A stretch of 63,478 bases of DNA, counting the filler, from Calcarisporiella thermophila CBS 279.70 (taxonomy: Eukaryota; Fungi; Calcarisporiellomycota): the NCBI RefSeq assembly GCF_041956535.1. It is 9 parts of 8 records of this genome, joined end to end, with 100 filler letters (N's around TTAATTAATTAA, not from the genome) between each part and the next. Parts side by side here need not be neighbours in the genome. Positions count along the whole stretch, not along the records: positions 1 to 18,908 come from NW_027192231.1; positions 19,009 to 31,016 come from NW_027192230.1; 7 more parts are not named here. The stretch is one strand, 5' to 3'. Position numbers and translations under genes: made by a program. This document shows positions 12,901-24,443 of the stretch, piece after piece. Numbering within the stretch: the stretch's first letter is position 1; the number at the start of each line of letters is the position of its first letter. Under the pieces are notes generated by a model. That model was not told the DNA's origin, did no database searches, and saw only the letters and a program-made list of their open reading frames with translations.

Positions 12901-14071
12901 GTTGCTCGATGTATTGCTGTAGTTGGTGTCGGAGTTGTTGTCGTAACATTGGTTTCTGGGGCTCTTCTGCCTCCAAAATCCTTTTCCCTGTCTTTCATTG
13001 CTATACTGTCTTCCTTGGTAGTTGGGTCTGTTCTGAGGCTTTGGTTTGTGTGTTTGGTCAAAGTGTATTGCCGCTCTTTTTTGTTCAATGACTTCTCTAA
13101 TAAACTCCTCCCCAAAAAGGCTGTTTTTTGAACTTGACCGCACGTATTTTGCGTCCCGGGCCATACCTTGTGGAAGTTTTGCCTCCTTTGCGACCTTAGA
13201 TCGGCGTTCCACTTTAACCTTTGCGGCCGAGTGTAAGATGAGGTAGATCGTATCTTCAAGGGTGACTGCGAGGTCCTCAGGGTCGATTTTTCCTTGGTCC
13301 GCGTCCATCTTGTTGAGAAAGAGCAAGAGAGGTCTCGCAAGACCCAGGATTATCTTTTTGGATATCTGCAAGATAGGAGTCCAGTAGGAGCGATTGTTTC
13401 GGGATGCGATGGTACCAGAAGCTCTCCATTTTTGGGCTTTGGAGGTGACCTCCTCTTGGGGGTGGGTACTTGCGGAAGAGGTGTTTTGCTGATCTACTTG
13501 ATAAGAGTGAGGGTGTGGAGTCTTCTGGGAAGAGGTGTCTGACGCTCTCTTGTAAGTCATATGCTCCAGCCTCGCGTGCTTCAATAGCGGAAACCAACTT
13601 TTCTTCCTCTTCTTCTGGACTATTGTCAGAGTGGGAGTCCTCTGTTTCGTCTTCGTATTGCTGGCCTCTTCTATTTTGTCGACGTTCATATTGTCGTCCC
13701 AATTGCTCCAGTCTGTCGGAAATCTGTTCCAGGGCTTGCTCATTGTTCACCGTTATCAAGTGTAGAGGATTACTAATTCTAAGCGCACGATTCGGAGGCT
13801 TCGAAAAAGCTAGGGAACAAGGAGAGCAGACACCGTTTTTAAATAACTTTGTTTTCAGTATTATTACTTTTTACAATTACTTCTAAAAACAGCAATTTGG
13901 AAAAATTTGACTAATATTTTACTTCAATTTTATACTTTTTTATGTTTTATTATTATCTTCTGTAACTATGAATAAAGCACGATTTGGGCTCCGAAGGAGC
14001 AAATACCATCCAGGGAGAGAACCTTGGGCACGATGCCTAAAGGGCATTGGCCGAGCCTGTGAAGGCTAATT
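9986..14071 (-). mobile_element. DIRS1-like tyrosine-recombinase retrotransposon, structurally complete but with degenerate ORFs
   Basis: 221-bp ITRs (10007-10227 and 13806-14026) with unique extensions, ICR at about 10293-10365, gag-like ORFs at 13759-12687, RT (VDLSNAY, MPFGLASAP, YLDD), RNase H (TDASGTGWG), YR remnant (AHSTRS). Several frameshifts. Confidence 0.93.
11521..11648. repeat. 7-bp tandem repeat (TCTTGAA/TCCTGAA) ending in TTGTTACA, inside the DIRS pol
   Basis: Visible heptamer array. It interrupts RNase H after SSNQKELR and resembles the end of solo LTR 2564-2840. Confidence 0.8.
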
Positions 14072-15965
14072 GAATTTAGAGATATTTTAGTACTATAATA
14101 CTCGAAAACGATGTTTGTCAGATGCAACCAGCACTTTGATGTGGGGGGACATTAAATATAAAGCTTGTCCTTTTCATAGAATCGAACTTGCAACTTAAGT
14201 CTTATTGAATGGGATTCCCAGCACTTTAGGGATAATTATAAAAAAATTCATCTCTCGAAAGTTTGGACGTTTCAGTACGACGGCTGATGTGAGTAAAGAG
14301 TTCTCTACGATCAACTACCTCTATAGCCATACATAGCACTTCGAAAGACTATGCGTTATTAATTGAAATAGTAAAATATCCTCTATATTGGGGTGAAGTA
14401 ATACGCAGTTGGTCTGGATACGTAAGAAAGATCTGACAATTGTTCATACATTCAAATACATATTGAAATCCCGTTTGATGGAACAAATTAGTAGTTTTAC
14501 GCAAGCTAGTTTGAATTCGGCCATATAAACATCGACTCTAAGCTCGGATCTCTGGCGCTCTCGAAGGCAAGGATGTGAACATCCCGATTGCGGAATACGT
14601 GTGACCAAAACACCGCGCCTCCCAGAGCATACCACTCTTTGCATATAATTACTAAAACTAACCACCAAACTTCTCGATTTGAAGAATTTGAAACGATCGA
14701 AATGCTGTAGTTGCAGCAATCAATTCGAGCTAATGCGCCTCATGAATTTCTGCATATTTGCGAATTCGCCCCATGAGGAAAAGGACTAGCTGGAGGCAAC
14801 ACCCTAGGTCAGGCTAGTGGCGAAAATGGCTAGCACAAATGCTGAGGTGGTTTTTCCAATATTCAGTAGAATAGGGGCAATTTCAAATTTAGTGTTAGCC
14901 AGTACCAATGTAAACTATTTTACAGGTGGATTGTGACACCTCAACATGCTCGCGAATGCAGTTTGCTGGGGCGAAACTCAGTTTCCCAGGAGTAAGCTCT
15001 TGCTAAATAAAATAGATCTATGGGGTACCACTAGTTTCACTTCTTCAATGTTGGGTCAAGCTACTTCCATTTATGCTAGTAGTCGTATCAGCTATCGGTC
15101 GTAAACTCATCAACCTAACCACAATTCATCTCCTGTTGGATGTCACTGCCACTGGCGAGATCTGAATAATTCCCTTCCACAGCGAAAGGTTTATACAACA
15201 ATGCACATATGGCATTGGTACCTAATTACATAAAGTTGTCCATTACTCAAGATTATATAATAATCTGATCAACAGCATCAATGTATTTTGTCGACTAGGC
15301 TGCACAGTTTATTGTTTTTGGTTACACACAGCTGTGTAAGTTGGACTCAGTATACTTTTAAATATACAATTACAGCGCGATTTACATGTAGATTTTATTT
15401 TCGCTTAGAATGTTTGTGTACAGATACCGAAAACTAAAAATAGGTCGACAATTGTTAGATGAATCATATCCAGATATTCTCAGAATCAAATATATTTAAA
15501 AGGTTAATATAAAATCTTATCTAAGAATTTACCATTTTAAGTTAACAAAAAATTGTGTATTCATCTGAAAAGTAGCCGCAGTTTCCATATAAGATTTAAT
15601 AAACTCTACACGGAATCCGTTCTTTATCAAGTACAGATTATATTTATTGAATTAATACAATACCTTATAGATGGTCCCCTTGGCTTTCCTACACGAACGA
15701 TTCACAAAATAAATAAAAAATATACTACCAATATGCTAAGCAATGATGTGGTCTTTTTTTAGTTGTAAATTTGCAATTTTGCACTTTACCGGATACCTTA
15801 TAAATAGGTCACTATTGGAATAGATCCTAGCTTCGCTATTAATCGTATATTTTAGTAGTTGTAAGTAAATCAAGAAGCCCCAGAGTTAGCATAGGATCTT
15901 TCAGTTTGTTGTTATTAGCTATGATTCTTATACTCTTTTTTTTAAAGGGAGTAGAGTTTTTCGTT

Positions 15966-16214
15966 ATGAAGCTTCTTGGATTGCAGATCGCTTTTTTGAT
16001 CGCGACAACGGCTAGTGCACTTAAATGGCAATGCACAAAGAATGACGGCGACTGTGATGGTGGCGTCTACCCCACCTATAAATGTGGCAAGAAATGTGGC
16101 ATAGGTTATTATCATTCAGGAAAAAATTCCTACTGGGAACTCAAAGGTTATCCCGACCTGTCCTGTTTTGCTCAATGCTGCAGAAACGCCGGAAAAGGAT
16201 ATTGCTCTTGGTAA
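15966..16214 (+). CDS. small secreted 8-Cys peptide (82 aa), copy 1; possible KP6-like toxin/effector
   Basis: Hydrophobic signal peptide ending TASA, 64-aa basic mature region with 8 Cys, upstream TATAAATA (~15799) and probable 5'UTR intron, highly conserved paralogue. Confidence 0.88.
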   Translation: MKLLGLQIAFLIATTASALKWQCTKNDGDCDGGVYPTYKCGKKCGIGYYHSGKNSYWELKGYPDLSCFAQCCRNAGKGYCSW

Positions 16215-17567
16215 TAAACATAATCAAAGATTCTCCCTTGATGTACTGTATTATTACAAGGTTTTTGACACTTGGAATAAATTGTTTAATAAACGTGTTC
16301 ATAATTTCGAAAATCATAAGCATTCAGCTCTTGCATCATAACCATTGAGCGACAAAGTCTAACTGCACTACGTGCACTGGGCTGTAAAAAAAAAATTTCT
16401 ATATACTCTTCTACCTCGATAGGCATTAAATTATTCTTCTACCTTTAAATTGGTATATTGCACCCCTTTCCTTTTCTTTAATCGTATATTCATAATTTTT
16501 TAAGAACTTAGGTAGCTCTTAGTATCCATGTTTAAAGATATATTTACAGTATGTATTGAGTTAAATAGACAACCTCAAATTGCTCGTAAATACCGCCAGC
16601 TGGAGCGAAACTCAGTTTTCCCAGAGTAAATTCTTGCTAAACAAGATACAAGAGTGTGTGGAGTGTCACTAGTATTGCCACTTCAATACTGAGTCATATC
16701 ATTCCCATTAATGCGTGCAGTCTGATAAGCCATTGAACGCAATGTCACCGTACTAACCATTATTCATCACCAGTTGGATATCGTTGCCACTCGTCGTGGT
16801 CTTAATGATTCGTTACCGTAGCAGGAGATTATTCAACAATACACATAAACTATTGGTGCTTAGTTACGCAAAACTATTCATTACTCAGGATTATATTGTT
16901 TAACGATATGTTCAACAATTTCAAAATATTTTGTTTACTAGGCTGCACACTTTATTAATTCTAATTACATACATTTGCGTAATGTTAGACTTAAAATCTT
17001 CAAACTAGGAATTTTGGTCACGGATACCAAAAAATAAAGATTGAACGATAATTTTTAGGTCAGCTCCAACTGGATGTTCTCAGAACTATGCATATTTTAA
17101 AGGTTAAAATAAATATTTCTTTGTGAACTTAACCTTTTAAGTTAATTGATTAAACTGTGTATTCATTTGAAAAACAGCCGGAGTTTCCATATAAGATTTA
17201 ATTAACTCTACGCGGAATCCGTTCTTTATCAAGTACAGATAGCATTTATTGAATTAATACAATATCTTATAGATGGTCCTCTTGGCTTCTTCGCACGAAT
17301 GAGGCACAATAAACTCTAGAATACGCTGCCAATAATCTAAGCTGTGATGTGACACTACATTTGTAATTAGTTATTTCGCTCTATCGGGGACATTGTATAT
17401 AAACGGCACTAACTGAATGTATTCCAGTTTCGCTAGTACTCATACTTTTTAGTAGTTGTAAGTAGATCCTGAGGTCTCAAAGCTAGCGGAGATCTCTTAT
17501 TTTGTAGCTAATTAGCCATGACTAATGCTGATCATTTATTCCGATAAATAGTGTGTGCCTTTTCGAC

Positions 17568-17816
17568 ATGAAGCTTCTCGGATTGCAGATCGCTCTTTTG
17601 ATTGCGACAACAGCTAGTGCACTTAAATGGCAATGCACGAAGGAAGACGGCGTCTGCGATGGTGGCGTCTACCCCACTTATAAATGTGGCAAAAAATGTG
17701 GCATAGGCTATTATCATAAAGGAAAAAATTCCTACTGGGAACTAAAGGGTAATCCCGACCTTTCCTGCTTCGCAAGATGCTGCAGAAACGCCGGAAAAGG
17801 ATATTGCTCTTGGTAA
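17568..17816 (+). CDS. small secreted 8-Cys peptide (82 aa), copy 2
   Basis: 76/82 aa identical to copy 1, all Cys conserved, with several synonymous changes. Confidence 0.88.
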   Translation: MKLLGLQIALLIATTASALKWQCTKEDGVCDGGVYPTYKCGKKCGIGYYHKGKNSYWELKGNPDLSCFARCCRNAGKGYCSW

Positions 17817-18504
17817 TACATATATTGGAAGATCACCCTTTGATATACTAGTTACAAGCTTTTCGACATTTTGGTTACATTATTTAATAAACATGTTCAT
17901 AAGTTCGAAACTCGTATGTACCTAGTTCTTACACCATAACCCTTGAATGATAAAGTGTAACAACACTGTGCGCACTGGACTGTGAAAAGATTTCTACATA
18001 CTCCCCTACCTCGATTGATTGGTTTTTAAGCGTTAAATTAATCTCCTACCTTATAATAGGTACATTACACCCACATCTTTTTCATAATATAACTTCTCAA
18101 ATCCTATGAACACATATAATAGAGCCAATCCCAATATTCAGGTATGTGGAGTACCAAGATTCGTAACTTCAGAGGAAAAACTGATCATCTGGGTTATGGA
18201 TGTCATAAGTTCTAGATAAATATTAATATCTTTCAACCTACTGCATCACATTTAGATCTCTGTCATTCTTCATTTCAATTTTGTATGTATTGCGTTGAAT
18301 AGACAACTGACAATCTCGAATTACTCGTGAATGATGTCTACCAAATCAAAACTCGGTCTTCCAAGTGTAACCTATATCCAAATAGGATAGAGGTTACACT
18401 TGGAGTTAAGAGTCTGCTGGGCACCTCATTTTGAATCACCACTACATAATTGAATCAAGCCACATTCGCTTATTCTCTCAGTCGTACAAGCCATTTAACA
18501 TAAA

Positions 18505-18906
18505 CTGGGAGTTTCCACAAAAAATCAGACAGAATCAGAAATATAGAAATAAGAATTATGAGATTTGATTGGACCAATCTATTTAGATATAAAACTTCAG
18601 AATTATAGCAAAATCTTTGAGGGCTAATAACTCTGCGAATATCCATCCTAGAGCTCTCATTTTTAGTGCAATCGATACACAATCACTTGTAGTAGCTTTC
18701 TAAAAACCACCATCAAAATTCTCCCTTCCTCTAGTAGGTTATTCTTTATTTACTAACCTAACCTAGTACCTCCCCCAATACTTACCTTAATATTTACCTC
18801 GATATTTACTTTATTAACTATATTAATATTTAACCTAATACTTACCATCATACTTACCATCATACGCTCCTTAGGCCATATTCGAAACCCTATAATACAG
18901 TTGGTT
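18505..18906. repeat. ~400-bp dispersed repeat (inverted copy at about 56598-56998)
   Basis: Direct reverse-complement match, e.g. GGGAGTTTCCACAAAAAATCAGACAG vs CTGTCTGATTTTTTGTGGAAACTCCC. Confidence 0.85.
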
Positions 18907-18908
18907 GG

Positions 18909-19008
18909 NNNNNNNNNNNNNNNNNNNNNNNNNNNNNNNNNNNNNNNNNNNNTTAATTAATTAANNNNNNNNNNNNNNNNNNNNNNNNNNNNNNNNNNNN
19001 NNNNNNNN
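18909..19008. other. artificial contig spacer (N44-TTAATTAATTAA-N44); also near 31017, 34637, 37475, 43681, 46643, 49423 and 60685
   Basis: Same ~100-nt design eight times. The 12-mer gives stop codons in all six frames. Confidence 0.95.
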
Positions 19009-19419
19009 CGTCGAATATATGTCTAATAAGGTCTATCCCGACAATCCTCTAGCTATCCCTAAGCTCTTGATTGTCCTTCCTTAAACACTTCAGAAGACTA
19101 ATAAACGACACAAGATGGTGGTTTGAAACGTATCCGGTTCTATCTCAATACAAAATAGCACACTTTATTCTAACTAAAGATATTCTCCTTTTTATACTAA
19201 AGATAATGTATCACAAGAAGGTAAAATATAAAAAATATAAGGTGATTCTGGATAAATATGTTAATCGTATGATAATAAGTATACTGGTCACCCCACAAAA
19301 ATATCTATCACACCACATAATGAATAAAAAGAAAGTCACGAAATCTAAGCCTCCTTTCCTCCTACTGCGCCATAAATCCATATTGTGCCAAATTTCCTCA
19401 CAACAACAGCAATAAGAAA

Positions 19420-19503
19420 GGCGAGATGGCCGAGCGGTCCAAGGCGCCACGTTCAGGTCGTGGTCTCTATTAGGAGGCGTGGGTTCGAATCCCACTCTCG
19501 TCA
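19420..19503 (+). tRNA. tRNA-Leu(CAG)
   Basis: Acceptor GGCGAGA/TCTCGTC, anticodon arm CCACG-TTCAGGT-CGTGG, long variable arm, GGTTCGAATCC, downstream T-run. Confidence 0.95.
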
Positions 19504-19831
19504 AACTTTTTTATATCTTTTATCCTGAAATTATTCATCCCTTCCATCCCCCAAGTGGTGCTAATGAACTAGTGCGACATTATTGTGGGAAAGCAAACTA
19601 TATCTTAACGAATTCTCGTTACTATTTAAATTAAATGTGGCTAAAATTCACCCTCAACTCCCGCAAATTTCTTTGTCATCTCGTAAAAAATTAATTTCAT
19701 GATACCATTTTGCGTATTTTTATTTTTGCTTTAATTGATTTTGAAATTTCCATCAACCTTCATTACTCACTTTCTAATCCTGCAACAACTATTTAATTTT
19801 CATAATCTATCAATTTCACCAGTAAGATTAA

Positions 19832-20812
19832 ATGGATATTCTTCCTCCTCCTCATCCAAGCTCTCCAGAAGAACAGAGCCGTGAACTGCCTCTGTTTAGG
19901 AATCACTTCATATTAAAATTAGCATCTGCTCCCACTGCCAGACGCGTTGCTCTCCTGCAAAATCGAAAGAAAATTGCAGTGCTACGCGTCGATATCCCAA
20001 CTGTCTACGGGAATCAACCTATTCTTCGACGGCTCGATAACGGAATGGTAAACGCGACTCATTTATTCCGTGCGGCTTTTCCAACATCTGCAGGCGAGGT
20101 GGAACAACGAGAGATGGATTGGCTAAAGAAATACGAAGGAATTCTCTGCGTTGAAGAAGATGGAAGGGGGAGCAAATTAGGTGCGATGGTAGGAGTATGG
20201 GTCCCATTGGAGTTGGCGCAAGAGTTAACAAAAGATTATGGTCTGGAAATGGCTACAGCTAACTTGTTTAATAGCGGAGTTGGAGAGAACAATGGAAAAT
20301 TCATCAAAAAGTCATCTCCCGAAAAGAAAGCCGCGAAAACAATGGATTCAGTGGAGAAGTTCGGTGAAGACAAGAAAAAGACTGATGCTACGAAAGCTGA
20401 GGAGGAGGCGGTCAATGGATCCAAGACACTAGAACTGCTGAACGAGCCAGCTGAAGAAAAGGAAAACGAAAAGATTGAATATAACGAGAATTCGAGTGAA
20501 GAACAGGTAGTTGACAAAATAGTGGAAACGTCCAATGAACCATCAGAGACCATGAAGGCCCCGACGAAAATCGCAGTGATTACATCGAATAAGGACGTGA
20601 CCCAAGCGATTGACGATATCATAATCAATGAAAAAAAGAAACGCAAGCTAGACGATGTCCTTCGCGAAGAAGCTGGAATACTGAAGGATACTAATACCCA
20701 AGCCTTGGAGAATCAGGCTGCAAGCCATAAACGGAAAGTAAGATGGATAATCGGTGCTGCTGCAGCACTTGCTGCCACGGCGGCTACTGCTGCTATTCCA
20801 TATTTTCTCTGA
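19832..20812 (+). CDS. APSES/KilA-N domain protein with C-terminal TM anchor (Bqt4-like inner nuclear membrane protein)
   Basis: ILRRLDNGMVNATHLFRAAFP...GVWVPLELAQEL...YGL, acidic disordered middle, basic patch and hydrophobic C-terminal tail. Confidence 0.8.
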   Translation: MDILPPPHPSSPEEQSRELPLFRNHFILKLASAPTARRVALLQNRKKIAVLRVDIPTVYGNQPILRRLDNGMVNATHLFRAAFPTSAGEVEQREMDWLKKYEGILCVEEDGRGSKLGAMVGVWVPLELAQELTKDYGLEMATANLFNSGVGENNGKFIKKSSPEKKAAKTMDSVEKFGEDKKKTDATKAEEEAVNGSKTLELLNEPAEEKENEKIEYNENSSEEQVVDKIVETSNEPSETMKAPTKIAVITSNKDVTQAIDDIIINEKKKRKLDDVLREEAGILKDTNTQALENQAASHKRKVRWIIGAAAALAATAATAAIPYFL

Positions 20813-21594
20813 TACAACTTTTTGTTTAAATTAAGCTTATGAATGAATTTAATGAATGGTCCTTTTAGTTGCGTTTTTTTTTAAACTGCTCTTCTCTCCT
20901 AGTCGTCTTATACTTTTTGAAAGTATCGAGTAACATATATCCATCGTGTAGATTAAATGGATTCCATTCCTTCTTTTTGTCTTATATTTTATTCTAAGCG
21001 CTATGTATAGAATTCGTCCTTAAGCTGCCCTAATAAGAATTAATACTGAGTTTATGAGAATTCCTGCAAATTCTACTACCTAGATTTGTATCATACTTTC
21101 TTTACATTGCCACGAATAAATAGATGACTGCGCTGAGTTACATGGAGGGTACCTAAGCTCTTCTGCCATAGCCGATTTTTGGTTGAAGGTCTTTACCGGA
21201 ATGATCTGACTTTCAATACCAGCCTTGACCCCTAATTTAATTGTATTTTATTTTAGTTATATCCAGATTACATTTGAAAGACGATACTGAGAAGCTTTTT
21301 TTTTGTAGACGTCTTCATTCTCTTTATTCCAATGATTAGCCTTTGCAAATGCAGTATAGGATAGGAATGAAACTGGCCAAAATCAGTTTTAATACCGATT
21401 ATTGTGATAAAAAAAATAGCAATGACGTAATAATGAATTCACGACCGATGTCGAGATCTCTCTAACGGCAATCTGTATGTGACTATCAAATTCATGCCTG
21501 GGGCCGTTTCGCCATTTTCACTCCCCATTTATCAAATTCTCTTTCCGCGATATTATTACGAATAGTTGAGGAATCAGGCTAAAACAATACTAGA

Positions 21595-22426
21595 ATGGCA
21601 CTTTTGGTTCGGTTTAATGCGTTCTATACACGATGCTACGAGAAGAAACCCCTTTTGACTCTAGCATTTACCAATGCTGTTCTTGGGGCTCTCTCCGACA
21701 TTCTAGCCCAATATTTTGGTGGGTCTACGCCCTTGCCCCCCACAATTGCAGCGACCTCCTTTAGCGTGACATCAATGATATGGCTTCCGGACATGTGGCG
21801 TCTATTTCGCTTTGTGCTATATAACTTTATGATTGCTCCCTTGATTGGTAAATGGTTCGTGTTTCTCGATCGCCAGTTTCCTTTACCCCAGCCTGAACTC
21901 AGTGAAAAACGCGCTGTGGTGTCAAGCGCAAGTAGAAAAAAGACACTTATGATAAATCTGATGCGTGTGGTAAGTTTAACATTCTGATCAATTTACAAAT
22001 TCGGTATTGGTAATGCATACAATTAACAGCTCGCAGATCAGCTTTTTATGGCGCCAATCGGACTACTGCTCTTCTTTATCTATATGCCCCTCATGGAAGG
22101 AAAAGGGATGGATGGTAAGTGAAAAAGCGCTATTTTTTTTTTCCAAAGAGAATTACTTAGCCTTTTATTTTCAAGGGGTCTGTGAACGAATTTCCGAGGT
22201 ATTACATTCTATAGTGAATTACATAGAATCCACTCTCTTATATTCCAATGCTAAACCCGCTTAACGTCCTTAGTCTTACTGGACTGCACTCCAGGCTAAC
22301 TATACCGTCTGGCCTCTCGTTCAGTTCGTTAACTTCTGCTTTATGCCGCTGCGTTATCGCGTTCCATTTGTGAGCCTTGTAGGAGTTCTTTGGAACGGTT
22401 ACCTAAGCTGGCTGAACAGTAAATGA
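21595..22426 (+). CDS. Mpv17/PMP22 (Sym1-like) membrane protein, 4 exons
   Basis: PLLT...LGALSDILAQ, D.WRLFRF, DQLFMAP, ANYTVWPLVQFVNF...P..YRVPFVS...WNGYLSWLNS. GT-AG introns at about 21970-22030, 22115-22174 and 22199-22273. Confidence 0.9.
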
Positions 22427-23098
22427 TTTCCACAGAAAGCTCTCCATGCGCTAGTAATGATTACTGGTCTTGATAGTATTAAGATTGTGAAGAGCTTAGT
22501 TTATAATTATTGACCCTTTCTTTTACATAGTTGACAAATTTGAACTAGTATACTAATATTACTCGACATTATGGCGTATTTTTTTTTTCGGTTTCTCTGT
22601 CTACTCATTTATTAAAAGGTTAATGACAAAAATATGCTTTCGACGCAGCTACCATAGAAGTATTTTTTTACATAATATATAAACGGAGACTTCTATCGGT
22701 CTATTTCTTAGTATAAATTGATGATGTGTATATCATACATAGCAACACTCATCAGAGGATTATTCAAGGCTTCTTTACTCAACGATTCTTGAATTTCTTA
22801 ATAGATCTTTACAAGGTGATGTATTATTGCTAACACTCGACACTTTAACTAACTCATGACAAGGGAAGATATTTGAGCTATGTCAATTTTAAAAAAAGTT
22901 CGAGATAACTTTCTATTATATGGCATCCCTCATGTAATATCTAGGTGAGAATTATTTCAACACGTCTATCGCCAAGATAACATAGGTATAAACACTATCC
23001 ATACTGGGAACCTTTTATCGATCTAAATGTTGCCGGGCCGAGGAATATTAGTTACTTTTGAACATTATTAATAATATTATTTTATTTTCTCTTATAAA

Positions 23099-23899
23099 TT
23101 ACAAGTTGCATTGCTGAATCCCACACTGTTTTGGGCAATCTTTCTTGGAATAAGGGGAATAGGCCAAAGGAGATTTCCCAGGCAGATAATATACATCAGT
23201 TGCCAGAGTACCGAGGGTGGTCTCATCCATAGTAAACACAGGCTCCTCCCCTAAGCCTTCACGTTTGGAAGAATCTAATATCCACATTTTGGGTGGTCCT
23301 TCATTGCATATTGGCGAAATCCAAAGAGCATTGCGGAAGACCATTGTCTTAGCATTATATGTAACGGTGGAGTTAGCTTGACAGTACCCAAGGGGATAAG
23401 GGAAATCCTCGTCCAAACGAGGATATTCCATAGCGTGGAACAAAATCCCAATGACCTTCTTGTTCACAAACAAATGTCCGTGCCATAGGTCGAATCGATT
23501 TAACTTGATACTAACTCCAATGAGCTTTTGGGAATTCTCTGCGATACTTTGAAATAGTTTGCTGAAGTACTCGTCCACTTGTCTGTCAAGACCTCTGAAG
23601 ACCGTTTCAGTTTTGGAAAGCGAGCATTTTCCGAAAGTGGGGAATTTAAATGAGGTTTTACTGTCTACAACCAAGTTCATGTCAGTGCTAGAAATGAGTT
23701 CAACAAATGCTGGCAGCGATTTTGGGGGAGTGGGAATAGATACAGGTCGCGCTACATTGGCAATGGTTCCCCCTACCAATTCTTTAAGGAGAGAGTCGGC
23801 AGCATAATTGCTGTCGCATGTTGGGTTGCATACATCACGGGCGAGGGCGGTCTGAGTAAATGAAGCCGCGAGAAGGAAAACAATGAAGTGCCTAAACAT
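23099..23899 (-). CDS. intronless secreted protein of unknown function (266 aa) with FDLWHGHLF...GILFHAMEYP...FPYPLGYCQ core
   Basis: Long open frame, signal peptide MFRHFIVFLLAASFTQTALA, TATA-like element at about 24010-24017, Cys-rich N- and C-terminal caps. Confidence 0.85.
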   Translation of the reverse strand: MFRHFIVFLLAASFTQTALARDVCNPTCDSNYAADSLLKELVGGTIANVARPVSIPTPPKSLPAFVELISSTDMNLVVDSKTSFKFPTFGKCSLSKTETVFRGLDRQVDEYFSKLFQSIAENSQKLIGVSIKLNRFDLWHGHLFVNKKVIGILFHAMEYPRLDEDFPYPLGYCQANSTVTYNAKTMVFRNALWISPICNEGPPKMWILDSSKREGLGEEPVFTMDETTLGTLATDVYYLPGKSPLAYSPYSKKDCPKQCGIQQCNL

Positions 23900-24443
23900 G
23901 GGAAGAAAGGACACTAAAGGACACTAAACTAATGCGTGAAAATTAGTCTACTAATTAAAACAGGAGAGCCGGGGAAGATGCGAGGTTTGCGCGAACAAAA
24001 GCTAGCTAATATTTATACTTAAGTTTTCATAAATTAGAGGTGTTACACCAAGCAAATCCCAAAGCCAACCACTTCAGCCGTGATTAAGCTAGTGCACAGT
24101 TAGGGATTGCCCTAAAAAGTGCGTTGTGTTCAGTCTAATCGATCTCTATTTAGATTGAACCAGATCATTTCAACTGCACTTTTGTGAGGTGGAGAACTGC
24201 GTACGAGGACGAGAGGATCGCAAGATATTTTCCCTAGGAGAGTTGCGCTAGATCGATGCCAGCGAGTTGTTTGAAAACGGGTCAGGCAAAGAAGCACTAG
24301 CAGGCAACAGTATTGGAATTAGGATTTCCAGGAAAAAAGTGCGTCATCATTAGATTTAAACTCAACCTTACTTATTAGAGAAGAGCTCTAGAAAAAAGGG
24401 ATTAATTCTTTGTCCCCATTATTGTCCAGACAATGTTGCCGCA

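Larger units (their letters stand above)
14930..18360 (+). repeat. tandem duplication of a ~1.6-kb unit (two full copies plus the start of a third)
   Basis: Colinear homologous blocks, e.g. GCGAAACTCAGTTT at about 14970 and 16605, CGGAATCCGTTCTTTATCAAGTACAGAT at about 15611 and 17213. ATG-to-ATG distance is 1602 bp. Confidence 0.85.

Noticed and set aside
18953-18964. Recurrent TTAATTAATTAA palindrome, eight times
   Set aside because: Always centred in N-runs; an artificial six-frame-stop contig linker, not biology.
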